DNA of 64,000 nucleotides. Source: an uncultured Actinomycetota bacterium (GTDB taxonomy: Bacteria; Actinomycetota; Actinomycetes; Streptosporangiales; Streptosporangiaceae). The stretch covers positions 58,079-122,078 of the forward strand of contig CAWIMN010000012.1 of NCBI GenBank assembly GCA_963837255.1. Direction: 5' to 3'. Below the pieces are notes generated by a model. That model worked only from the letters and a program-made list of their open reading frames with translations. It had not been told where the DNA came from and did not search any database. This document shows, in pieces, positions 55,228 through 64,000 of the stretch; position 1 is the stretch's first letter; the number at the start of each line of letters is the position of its first letter. The translations under genes were made by a program, and so were the position numbers.

Positions 55228-58193
55228 GTGATGACGACCACCGCTAGCGGGCCGATACTGGCTGCCCCGCCGCCGGAGATCGCGCTGCTGGAGGACAAGC
55301 TGCGGATCCCGCGGCCGGGCGTGACAGTGCTGCCCCGGCCCCGGATCGGGGCGCTCCTGGACGCCGCGGTCACCCGGCGCGTCACGCTGATGACCGGGCC
55401 GCCTGGCGCGGGCAAGACGGTCGCCGCCGCGCTCTGGGCTGCGACCAGGCCGTCCGGCCGGCGTCCGGCCTGGGTGACCATCGACGCGGGCGACGGCGAC
55501 CCGGACCGATTCTGGCGCTACGTGACCGCGGCGCTGTGCAGGGCCGGCGTCCTGCCGCTCGGCAAGGCCGGGCTGCCGGCCGGCATCACAGCGATGGAGA
55601 TCCCGCAGTGGATCTCCGCCGCCATCCGGCCCGTCGGGGACCACGATCCGGTCGTTCTCGTCCTCGACGACGTGCACCTGCTCGTGGGCGCCGAGCCACT
55701 GGCCGGCCTCGACGAGCTCATCCGGCACGAGCCAGCCTGGCCTGCGGCTGCTGCTGGCCGGCCGGTCCGCACCCGGCCTGGCTTTGTCCAGGCTCCGGCT
55801 GGAAGGCGAACTGGCCGACATCGGCGCTGTCGACCTGGCGTGCACGAGCGAGGAGACGTCCGCCTACTTCGCGATGCTGGGCAGGCCGGTCAGCCAGGTC
55901 GAGCGTGATCACCTCGTACGCAAGACCGAGGGCTGGCTCGCAGGCCTGCGGCTGACGGCGCTGGCCGGTCAGGCTGGCGAGGCCAGCGCCCGGCCAGGCG
56001 CGCCCGCCAGCGCCCAGGCAGGACAGGTCGGCGCCCAGGCCCTGGTCGCCGACTACCTCCAGGACGAGGTTCTCGGCAGGCTGCCGTCGGCTGTACGCGA
56101 GTTCATGATGCGCACCAGCCTGAGCCTGACGGTGCCCGCCGACCTGGCCCAGGACCTGACCGGCGAGACCGGCGCAGCCCGGCTGCTCGAGCAGCTCAGC
56201 CGCGAGACCGGCCTGGTGCAAGCTCTGACCCCCGATTCTGGCGAGTACCGCTACCACCCGATGCTCAGGGACGTCGCTGGCCGCCGTCCTGCGCCGGGAG
56301 CTGCCCGAAGAGGTGGCGGGACTCCAGCGCCGCGTGGCCCGCTGGCACGCCGCTCGCGGCGAAGTCCTGCCGGCGATTCAGGCAGCGGCCGAGGTGGGCG
56401 AGTGGGAATTCGGTCTGCACGTCCTCAGCGACGCGGGCCCGGCGGTGATGTTCTCGGCCGCAGGACCCGGCCTGGAGGCTGCCCTTACGGCCATGCCGCC
56501 CGGCCAGCTCGCCGGCGATGAGGCACTGAGCGTCGTGCTCGCGGTAGCGCTGGCGGCAGCCCGGGTCTGGCAGGGCGACGCCGATGGTGCGCTGCCCCAC
56601 CTGGAACGTGCCGAGGCCGAGCTAGCCGCGCTGGCAGCCGACGATCGCGGCCACACCGAGCTGTGGATCGCCGCGCTCCGGGTCCTGCTGACCACCGCCG
56701 TGACCGCGCCGGAGCCCGGCTGGCTCGAGCGCTACTGGGCGCTGGCCAGCCACGCTCACGCGGACCCGCGCGGCGTCTGCGCGCACCGGGCGCTCGGCAC
56801 GCTGTGGCTGGCGATTGGCTTTGCCGCGCTCCGCGACTGTGACACCCAGCAGGCACGATCGGCGTTCCTGCACGCGGGCGCACAGCTGTCGGCGGGCGGC
56901 ATGCTGGCTCTGCGGGAACGGGGTCGCTGTTGGGAAGCAGTCGCCGCGGCGATGTACGGCGACCTGGCCACCGCAACCAGGGTCGCGGGCAGCGTGGCCG
57001 ACGGCCCGAACGGCCGCGAGGAGGAGCTCGCTCCCGTGCTCGCGCTCGCTGGCGCGGCCGTCAGCCTGGCCAGGGACGAGCCGGACGCGGCTGGCGCGCT
57101 GCTCGATCAGGCTGACTTGGCGGCGATGACGCCGCGACCCGCGGGCGAGCCATCCGTCGCCGTACTCAGCGGTCTGCTGCGAGCTCGCCTCGCAGTCGCC
57201 GAAGGCAATCTCGCAGGCGCCCGCGGGCTGGTCAGGTGGCTCAGCGACGCTGCGGCCGCGGTCCCGGCGGCCGGTTACGCTGGCACCCCGATCAGCACGG
57301 GACCTGGTCCGGCCGGTGACCCGGCCATGCCGCTCCAGCGGGGGAGAGGCGCAGACCGGCCGCGCGGAGTGGCCGCCACCATCGCGGTCATGGACGCGGA
57401 GATCAGCCTGGCGGCGGGTGAGCTCGAGCGGGCCAGGGCGACGCTCGCCGACGTGGTCGACCCTGCCGCGCGTACGCGGCCAGACGTGGCGGTATGCCAG
57501 GCCAGGCTGCTGATCGCGGGTGAGGACGACAAGGGGGCGCTGTCGCTCGTCGAGCCCGTGCTCGCGGACCCGGCTGCGAGCTGCTCAGTTGCCGACAGGA
57601 TCGCCGCCCTGCTGGCCGCAGTAGTGGCCCGGCGCCGGCTAAGCCAGAGCACCGAGGCAGCCGAGCTGCTGTCCGAGGCCCTGGCACTGGCCGAGCCCGA
57701 CGATGCTTGCGGTCCGTTCGTCGCGGCCGGGCCGGCCGTGCGGTCCGCGCTGACGGTGCTGATCTCGCCGTCAAGCCGGTGCGCGGGTTTCGCGGGGCGG
57801 ATCCTGGACCGGTTCGACGGCCGGCTGCCGCGCCCATCGTCCGCTCAGCCCGCCGCCCTGCTGACCGACAGCGAGCTCGCGGTGCTGCGCTTCCTGCCCT
57901 CGCACATGACCAATCAGGAGATCGCCGAGTCGCTCTTCCTGTCGATCAACACAATCAAGACCCACCTCAGCTCGGTGTACCGCAAGCTCGGCGTGGCCAA
58001 CCGGCGGCAGGCCATCGCCCAAGGGCGGCGGCTCGAGCTGCTCTTACGCCTCGAGCTCGTCTTACTCGCGCTCCGCTTATGCAGCAGCGGCCCCGCCCGG
58101 CGTCGGTGCCGGGCGAGGTCACCGCTGCCGCTAGCTGCCTCGCTGCTGGTAGCCGCTCGGCTAGCCGGTGCTGGCGGCCAGCCGCTGCTGTGA
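55228..58193 (+). pseudogene. Second LAL/MalT-like LuxR-family regulator, two +1 shifts (about 55738 and 56276) and an anomalous 3' tail
   Basis: Walker A GPPGAGKT and LVLDDVHL (Walker B) are in frame 1. GLRLLLAGRSAPGLALSRLRLEGEL... is in frame 2. LAAVLRRELPEEVAGLQRRVARWH... continues to the LuxR HTH LTDSELAVLRFLPSHMTNQEIAESLFLSINTIKTHLSSVYRKLGV in frame 3. Confidence 0.75.
58094..58115. terminator. 8-bp stem hairpin between convergent genes
   Basis: CGCCCGGC (58094-58101) pairs with GCCGGGCG (58108-58115) around a 6-nt loop. It lies inside the nominal tail of the LuxR ORF. Confidence 0.35.
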
Positions 58194-59072
58194 CGGCAGG
58201 CTCGCTTTTTCTGCGTCCTTGACCGTCCGGCGCAGCCCGAAGGCCAGCGCGAAGAGCACGCACCCGTAGAAGAGCAGCCAGGCGGCGACGATCGTGAGCA
58301 GCAGCACGAGCGTGATCGACGGCCAGATGACCATGATGATCCCGGCCGCCAGGCTGAACACGCCGAGCACGCCGCGCAAGCCGCGATTTGGCGCCGCGCC
58401 CGAAATGGCGACGCCGATGTCGGAGATGCCGTGCGCGATGAAGTACACCCCGGTGACAAACGCGACCAGGAACAGGGTCAGCGTGTGGTGGCGCACCAGG
58501 TAGATCCCGGCGAGCACGGCCAGCAGGCCGATCACCACGTACCCGGCGCGCATGGCGCCGCTCTGGCTGCTGGCGGTGAAGCCTTCGTACAGCCGGGCCA
58601 GCCCGGAGACCAGGACGGCGGCGCCGATCAGGATCGCCACCACGGTCAGCGATGCGCTCGGCCACACCAGCAGCGCGATGCCCAGCCCCACCAGGCCGAT
58701 CGCGCCAAGCACTACTGCCCACCACGACTTCTTGGCGGCGGCGGACATCTGCTCCGCGATCGGGCTCATGCCCGGGGCGCCCATCTCCACCTCGCCGGTG
58801 TCCGCCTGGCCGGCCATGCGTTCCTGCTGATGGCCTAGCTGCTGCGGAACACTCGACTGGGCCGCCGACGTGCGCTTGGCGGTGGCGATTCCGCTGGTGT
58901 TGCCCGCCCCCATGCTGCCAGGCTGGTTCATCCCAGGCGACCCGCTGGCGGGCTCGCTGCCAGGACCGCCGACGCTGCTTGCGCCCATGTCGGTGCCTGC
59001 ACCGCCGGGCATGTCACCGGACTGCCCGCCTGGCCCGGTGCCTGGCGGCGGGCCGGTATGCGATTCGGTCAT
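58161..59072 (-). CDS. DUF308/HdeD-family membrane protein with a Gly/Pro/Ser-rich N-terminus
   Basis: WWAVVLGAIGLVGLGIALLVWP and repeated DUF308 helices. The ATG at 59072 is preceded by AGGAGG. Confidence 0.75.
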   Translation of the reverse strand: MTESHTGPPPGTGPGGQSGDMPGGAGTDMGASSVGGPGSEPASGSPGMNQPGSMGAGNTSGIATAKRTSAAQSSVPQQLGHQQERMAGQADTGEVEMGAPGMSPIAEQMSAAAKKSWWAVVLGAIGLVGLGIALLVWPSASLTVVAILIGAAVLVSGLARLYEGFTASSQSGAMRAGYVVIGLLAVLAGIYLVRHHTLTLFLVAFVTGVYFIAHGISDIGVAISGAAPNRGLRGVLGVFSLAAGIIMVIWPSITLVLLLTIVAAWLLFYGCVLFALAFGLRRTVKDAEKASLPSQQRLAASTG

Positions 59073-59331
59073 TCTCGCCTCCTGGAGAACTCGACCACCG
59101 GGAGAGTCGTGTGGGAGCCGCCGAGGGCGGCCACGTTCCCGGCATGACGCTGTCGTACGCCTGCATGTCCATCGTGAAGTCGCCGAGTTCCCGTGATCAT
59201 CACCCGTCTCGGGTGAACACGCCGTAGCTGTCCTAGACTTGGCGCGCAGTAGCCGCGAGCGACGAGCCAGGCCAACCTGCGCCCGCTCGGCGCCCGCCAG
59301 CGGCATGGCCCCTTCCAGGAAGCGACCCTAG

Positions 59332-60734
59332 GTGAAGACCGACGTCGAAGAGCTGAGCCCGACCAGGGTCAAGCTGACCATCGAAGTTCCGTTCGAGGAG
59401 CTCAAGACCAGCCTCGACAAGGCTTACCGCGAGGTGGCCCGCCAGGTCAGGGTTCCGGGGTTCCGGCCAGGCCGGGTGCCGCCGCGCATCATCGACCAGC
59501 GATTCGGCCGTGCCGCCGTCCTCGAGCAGGCGGTCAACGAGGCCGTGCCCGAGCTCTACAACAAGGCCGTGGCGGAGCATGACGTGGTGCCGCTCAGCCA
59601 GCCGGACCTGGAGATCACCAGGCTCGACGATGGCAATGAGCTGGCTTTCACGGCCGAGGTAGACGTCCGGCCGAGCTTCGACCTGCCAGACCTGGATGCG
59701 CTGTCGGTGACCGTGGACAACGCCGACGTCGATCCTGACCAGGTGGAGGAGTACCTCGGTTCGCTGCGCGAGCGCTTTGCCTCGCTGCGGACCGTCGAGC
59801 GGCCGGCGGAGTCGGGCGACTTCGTGTCCATCGACCTGGCGGCGACGGTCGATGGCAACCCTGTCGAGGACGCGCAGGCCACTGGCGTTTCGTACGAGGT
59901 CGGCACCGAGTCGATGCTCGACGGGCTCGACGAGGCGCTGATCGGCATGACGGCCGGCGAGTCCAAGACGTTCACGGCCGAGCTGGCCGGCGGTCAGCAG
60001 GCAGGCATGGCAGCCGACGTTCAGGTCACCGTCAACTCGGTGAAGGTCAAGGAGCTGCCGGAACTGGACGACGAGTTCGCCCAGTCGGCCAGCGAGTTCG
60101 ACACCGTGGGCGAGCTGCGGGCCGCCACGCGCAAGCAGCTCACCGCCATGCGCCAGGCCGGCCAGGCCGGCCAGGCCAGGGAGCGGCTGCTTGAGGCGCT
60201 CATCGATCAGCTCGACCTGCCGCTGCCGGAGCGCATCATCGAGGCCGAGGTCGACCAGCGCCGGCGGAGCCTGCAGGATCAGCTAGACCGGGCCGGCCTG
60301 ACCCTGCCTGCATACCTGGACGCCAGCGATACCACGCAGGCCAAGATCGACGCCGACTTCGAGGCCGATGCCAAGCGTTCGGTCAAGGCTGGCTTCATCC
60401 TGGACAAGCTGGCCACCCAGGAGGAACTGACGGTCTCGACGGAGCAGCTCAGCGCTTACGTGACCGAGCAGGCTTACCGGATGGGCGTCGCGCCGGACCG
60501 GCTGGCCCAGCAGCTCAGCGACAACGGCCAGCTGCCGGCCGTGGCGGCCGACGTGCTGCGCGCCAACGCGCTCACGTGGCTCGCCGAGCGGGCCAGGGTG
60601 GTCGACGAGGCAGGGCGCCCCGTGTTCATCGGGCCAGGCCGAGGACGGCCAGGCGCGGCGTCGAGGACGCAGCCGAGGACGCGGCCGACGACGCAGGCGC
60701 GGGTGCCGAGGGTGACGAGGACGAGGACGCGTAG
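59332..60734 (+). CDS. tig: Trigger factor. The last 30 or so codons need two +1 frame corrections to reach the acidic tail and TAG at 60732
   Basis: MKTDVEELSPTRVKLTIEVPFEEL...VPGFRPGRVPPRIIDQRFG. After ...RPVFIG (about 60632), frame +1 gives QAEDGQA. After about 60658, frame +2 gives VEDAAEDAADDAGAGAEGDEDEDA*. The uncorrected ORF runs Arg/Pro-rich to 60924, across the clpP1 promoter. Confidence 0.85.
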
Positions 60735-60767
60735 CAGCCCGGCGCACCGGCCACGGCCGGCAAATGC

Positions 60768-60813
60768 TGCGCTGACAGCGCACAATGGCCAGTTAGCGTG
60801 CGCCGACAGCGAA
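60768..60813 (+). promoter_or_regulatory. Two ClgR-type operator boxes upstream of clpP1
   Basis: TGCGCTGACAGCGCA (60768-60782, palindromic) and GCGCCGACAGCGAAC (60800-60814). Both contain CGC-N5-GCG, and box 2 fits CGCYNANRGCGWWS. The boxes are 31 bp apart and 107-153 bp upstream of the clpP1 GTG. Confidence 0.55.
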
Positions 60814-60920
60814 CAGCGGGGATCGGCGGCGATGCCACTTCTGCCCGCGGGTTATGGTCACAGTCAACGACAGGCGCGGACTGACCAGAGCGCAACTGGA
60901 CCACAAGCAGGAGGGCACAA

Positions 60921-61562
60921 GTGAGCACGCCTCCCGACGAGCAGCAGGAGATTGCCAGCGTGCTGGCGAGGGCCGCTGAAGCCCCGGCTGGGCCGCTAGG
61001 CGACATGCTGTTCCAGCGCCTGCTCCGGCACCGGATCATTTTCCTCGGCCAGCAGGTCGACGACGACCTGGCGAACCGGATCTGCGCGGAGCTGATCCTG
61101 CTCGCGGCTGAAGATGCCAAGAGGGACATCAGCCTCTATATCAACTCGCCCGGCGGGTCCGTTTACGCCGGAATGGCGATTTATGACGTCATGCAATACG
61201 TGCCGAATGACGTGGCGACCTTCGCGATGGGCATGGCGGCCTCGATGGGCCAGTTCCTGCTGTGCGCGGGCGCCGCGGGCAAGCGGTACGCCATGCCGCA
61301 CGCGGCCATCCTGATGCACCAGCCGCACGGCGGCATCGGCGGTACCGCGACCGACATCAGGATCCAGGCCGAGCAGAGCCTGTTCCTCAAGCGCGTGCTG
61401 GCGGAGCGGATCGCCATGCACACCGGCAGGCCGGTCGAGCAGATCGAGGAGGACTCCGACCGGGACCGCTGGTTCACTGCGGAGGAGGCCCGTGACTACG
61501 GGCTGGTCGACCACGTGGTGCGGAGCGCGACCGAGGTGCCGTCCGTCGGCCCGGTGTCATGA
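60921..61562 (+). CDS. clpP1: ATP-dependent Clp protease proteolytic subunit 1
   Basis: [27 protein letters not shown] (active-site Ser) and [12 protein letters not shown] start preceded by AGGAGG. Confidence 0.9.
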   Translation: MSTPPDEQQEIASVLARAAEAPAGPLGDMLFQRLLRHRIIFLGQQVDDDLANRICAELILLAAEDAKRDISLYINSPGGSVYAGMAIYDVMQYVPNDVATFAMGMAASMGQFLLCAGAAGKRYAMPHAAILMHQPHGGIGGTATDIRIQAEQSLFLKRVLAERIAMHTGRPVEQIEEDSDRDRWFTAEEARDYGLVDHVVRSATEVPSVGPVS

Positions 61563-61633
61563 GGCCCGGTGTCATGAGCGGCGCGGAACTCATGGGCGGC
61601 ATCGCCCGCAGCACTGGCCAGGAAGGACGAGAA

Positions 61634-62302
61634 GTGAGCGCTGGATACCGAGGCCCGCAGTACGGCGGGCGTGGCCTGCCCGCCGAGTCGCGGTACGTGC
61701 TGCCGTCGTTCGTCGAGCGCACGTCCTACGGCGTCAAGGAGATGAACCCGTACAACAAGCTCTTCGAGGAGCGGATCATCTTCCTGGGCGTGCAGATCGA
61801 CGACGCGTCGGCCAACGACGTCATGGCCCAGCTGATCACGCTGGAGTCGATCGACCCCACCCGTGACATCCTCATCTACATCAACTCGCCGGGCGGGTCG
61901 ATGACCTCGATGATGGCGATCTACGACACGATGCAGTACATCCAGCCGGAGATTCACACGTACTGCCTTGGCCAGGCTGCCTCGGCGGCGGCCGTGCTGC
62001 TGGCCGCCGGCACCAAGGGCAAGCGGTTCGCCCTGCCGAACTCGCGCATCCTGATCCACCAGCCAGCCGTGGAGAGCGGCTACGGGCAGTCCAGCGACCT
62101 GGAGATCCAGGCGCGGGAGATCCTGCGCATGCGCAGCGCCATGGAAGGCATCCTGGCCCGGCACACCGGCCAGGACGAGGACCGGGTTCGCCGCGACATC
62201 GAGCGGGACAAGTTCTTCACCGCCCAGGAGGCCAAGGAGTACGGGATGGTGGATGAAGTTCTGACGATGCTGAAGCGCAAGAGCGAGGTAGGGTCGTCCT
62301 AA
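61634..62302 (+). CDS. clpP2: ATP-dependent Clp protease proteolytic subunit 2
   Basis: RYVLPSFVERTSYGVKEMNPYNKLFEERIIFLG, GQAASAAAVLL and ILIHQP. GTG at 61634 follows GGAAGGA. The ORF is open from 61559. Confidence 0.9.
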   Translation: MSAGYRGPQYGGRGLPAESRYVLPSFVERTSYGVKEMNPYNKLFEERIIFLGVQIDDASANDVMAQLITLESIDPTRDILIYINSPGGSMTSMMAIYDTMQYIQPEIHTYCLGQAASAAAVLLAAGTKGKRFALPNSRILIHQPAVESGYGQSSDLEIQAREILRMRSAMEGILARHTGQDEDRVRRDIERDKFFTAQEAKEYGMVDEVLTMLKRKSEVGSS

Positions 62303-62510
62303 GCCGTCCGGACTGGCGGGCTCCACGGTCGGAGGCCCTGGCAGGCTGGCCGGCGCGCCGCAGGGCGTTCCTTAGGCCACAACTAAGGCCGCCGAGGCGG
62401 TACCGTCTAACTTTTAGAGACTGTTGTTCAGCGCAGGTGTACGGCACAGGCGGACTCGCGTGATCGCGGGCCTGGAGTAGTCGGTCGGCAAGGCCAGAAG
62501 GAGTTACTAG

Positions 62511-63785
62511 GTGGCACGCATCGGTGATGGCGGTGATCTGCTGAAGTGCTCATTCTGCGGAAAGAGCCAGAAGCAGGTCAAAAAGCTCATCGCCGGCCCT
62601 GGCGTGTACATCTGCGACGAGTGCATCGACCTCTGCAACGAGATCATCGAAGAGGAGCTCGCCGAGCCGACCGAGCTCAAGTGGGACAGCCTGCCGAAGC
62701 CGCGGGAGATCTACGAGTTCCTCGACTCCTACGTGATCGGCCAGGAGAAGGCCAAGAAGGGCCTGTCGGTCGCCGTCTACAACCACTACAAGCGGATTCA
62801 GTCCGGCGGTGAGCGGGCCGGCGAGGACGGCGTCGAGCTGGCCAAGTCCAACATCCTGCTGCTCGGGCCGACCGGGTCGGGCAAGACGCTGCTCGCCCAG
62901 ACGCTGGCCCGGCTGCTCAACGTGCCGTTCGCCATCGCGGACGCGACCGCGCTGACCGAGGCCGGCTACGTCGGCGAGGACGTGGAAAACATCCTCCTCA
63001 AGCTCATCCAGGCCGCCGACTACGACGTCAAGAAGGCCGAGACCGGCATCATCTACATCGACGAGATCGACAAGATCGCCCGCAAGAGCGAGAATCCGTC
63101 GATCACGCGCGACGTCTCCGGCGAGGGCGTTCAGCAGGCGCTGCTGAAGATCCTCGAGGGCACGACCGCCTCGGTTCCGCCGCAGGGCGGCCGCAAGCAC
63201 CCGCACCAGGAGTTCATCCAGATCGACACCACCAACGTGCTGTTCATCTGCGGCGGGGCGTTCGCCGGCCTGGAGAAGATCATCGAGCAGCGGGTCGGCA
63301 ACAGCGGCATGGGCTTCGGCGCGGTCCTGCGGGTCAAGACTGAGAAGACGGAGTCGGACCGGTTCGCCGACGTCATGCCCGAGGACCTGCTGAAGTTCGG
63401 CATGATCCCCGAGTTCGTCGGCCGGCTGCCGGTCATCACCAGCGTGCACAACCTGGACCGCGAGGCGCTGATCCGGATCCTGACCGAGCCGCGCAACGCG
63501 CTGGTCCGCCAGTACCGTCGCCTCTTCGAGCTCGACGGCGTGGACCTTGAGTTCACCGAGGACGCCCTCGAGGCCGTCGCCGACCAGGCGATCCTGCGCG
63601 GCACCGGCGCGCGCGGCCTGCGGGCAATCCTGGAAGAGGTCCTGCTCTCGGTCATGTACGAGGTGCCGAGCCGCAAGGACGTCGAGAAGGTCGTCATCAG
63701 CGCCGAGGTTGTCCTGGAGAACGTGAACCCGACCCTCGTGCCCCGCGACGTCGCCCGCCGCACCCCGCGCGAGAAGTCCGCCTAG
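62511..63785 (+). CDS. clpX: ATP-dependent Clp protease ATP-binding subunit ClpX
   Basis: Zinc-binding CSFCGK...CDEC, Walker [12 protein letters not shown], Walker [10 protein letters not shown], and 424 aa. Confidence 0.95.
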   Translation: MARIGDGGDLLKCSFCGKSQKQVKKLIAGPGVYICDECIDLCNEIIEEELAEPTELKWDSLPKPREIYEFLDSYVIGQEKAKKGLSVAVYNHYKRIQSGGERAGEDGVELAKSNILLLGPTGSGKTLLAQTLARLLNVPFAIADATALTEAGYVGEDVENILLKLIQAADYDVKKAETGIIYIDEIDKIARKSENPSITRDVSGEGVQQALLKILEGTTASVPPQGGRKHPHQEFIQIDTTNVLFICGGAFAGLEKIIEQRVGNSGMGFGAVLRVKTEKTESDRFADVMPEDLLKFGMIPEFVGRLPVITSVHNLDREALIRILTEPRNALVRQYRRLFELDGVDLEFTEDALEAVADQAILRGTGARGLRAILEEVLLSVMYEVPSRKDVEKVVISAEVVLENVNPTLVPRDVARRTPREKSA

Positions 63786-63822
63786 GTTCGAGCCAGCCGC
63801 CGACCCGCGTGCAGTGCCTGCG

Positions 63823-63938
63823 GCGGGCCTGGCACAGGTCTGCGTTCGGGCGTCAGCGTCGGCCCACGTCGCAAGTCGAGGCCCTGCCCGTCTCGGGCCG
63901 CGTATGCCTAAATGATCGCTAACCTGTGCCAGGCCCGC
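63823..63938. repeat. 17-bp inverted repeat with an 82-nt spacer downstream of clpX
   Basis: GCGGGCCTGGCACAGGT (63823-63839) is the exact reverse complement of ACCTGTGCCAGGCCCGC (63922-63938). The first arm begins 38 nt after the clpX stop. Confidence 0.7.
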
Positions 63939-64000
63939 GACGAGCAGCTCCCCGGCCGCCGGTGCCCCGCCCTCAAGCGCGCGCGCGAGCAGCTGGGCGG

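Noticed and set aside
37370-60665. Programmed +1 ribosomal frameshifting or transcriptional slippage as an explanation for the frame breaks.
   Set aside because: The junctions share no common slippery or shifty motif. They occur up to three times within one gene in unrelated gene families. Several would place stops immediately in the zero frame without any conserved stimulatory context.
63786-63800. GGTTCGAGCC just after clpX, resembling a tRNA T-arm. I also checked for tRNAs upstream of tig, where actinomycetes often have them.
   Set aside because: No acceptor, D or anticodon arms can be built around it, because the preceding bases are the clpX coding end. I found no cloverleaf candidates in 59073-59331 or the other intergenic regions.
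1-64000. Mobile genetic element, prophage or genomic island boundaries.
   Set aside because: There are no integrase, transposase, recombinase or phage structural genes, no flanking tRNA, and no obvious compositional discontinuity. The only AT-richer patches are short promoter regions.

Overview
High-GC (roughly 70%) actinobacterial chromosomal segment with about 60 protein-coding genes. I found no rRNA, tRNA, CRISPR array, transposase or integrase. The right end is the conserved tig-clpP1-clpP2-clpX locus, with two ClgR-type operator boxes in front of clpP1. The rest is accessory metabolism and regulation:

- A tightly coupled DeoR-headed operon (6.2-13.7 kb) with two BtpA/SgcQ paralogues, a metallophosphoesterase, an FGGY kinase, a TIM-barrel isomerase, an alpha/beta hydrolase and a HAD phosphatase, divergent from an APC permease. 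Its substrate is unknown.
- A permease and copper amine oxidase operon, followed on the same strand by a 992-aa LAL/LuxR regulator.
- A LacI / Gfo-Idh-MocA / DUF993 / TIM-barrel locus with a perfect 16-bp palindromic operator. GC-rich non-coding tandem repeats lie on both sides of lacI.
- A MerR-PP2C fusion protein.
- A phosphodiester glycosidase (DUF2233), UbiA-type phosphoribosyltransferase and DprE2-like SDR operon.
- A DUF202-DUF202-membrane protein-PrsW operon.
- A Cys-type sulfatase, K+ channel, FGE and Sap/GAP-like neighbourhood.

The most striking sequence-level observation is that at least 17 reading-frame breaks occur between 37.4 and 60.7 kb. They hit a ClC channel, a two-component pair, zwf, a GAP-family gene, GH15, DUF7144, a second LAL regulator and the tail of tig. 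Every break I could reconstruct is a net +1 shift. Large neighbouring genes and the first 36 kb are essentially clean. This is either an insertion-biased assembly artefact or clustered pseudogenisation, and I cannot distinguish the two from the sequence alone. All product calls rest on motif and family recognition by eye, not on database searches.
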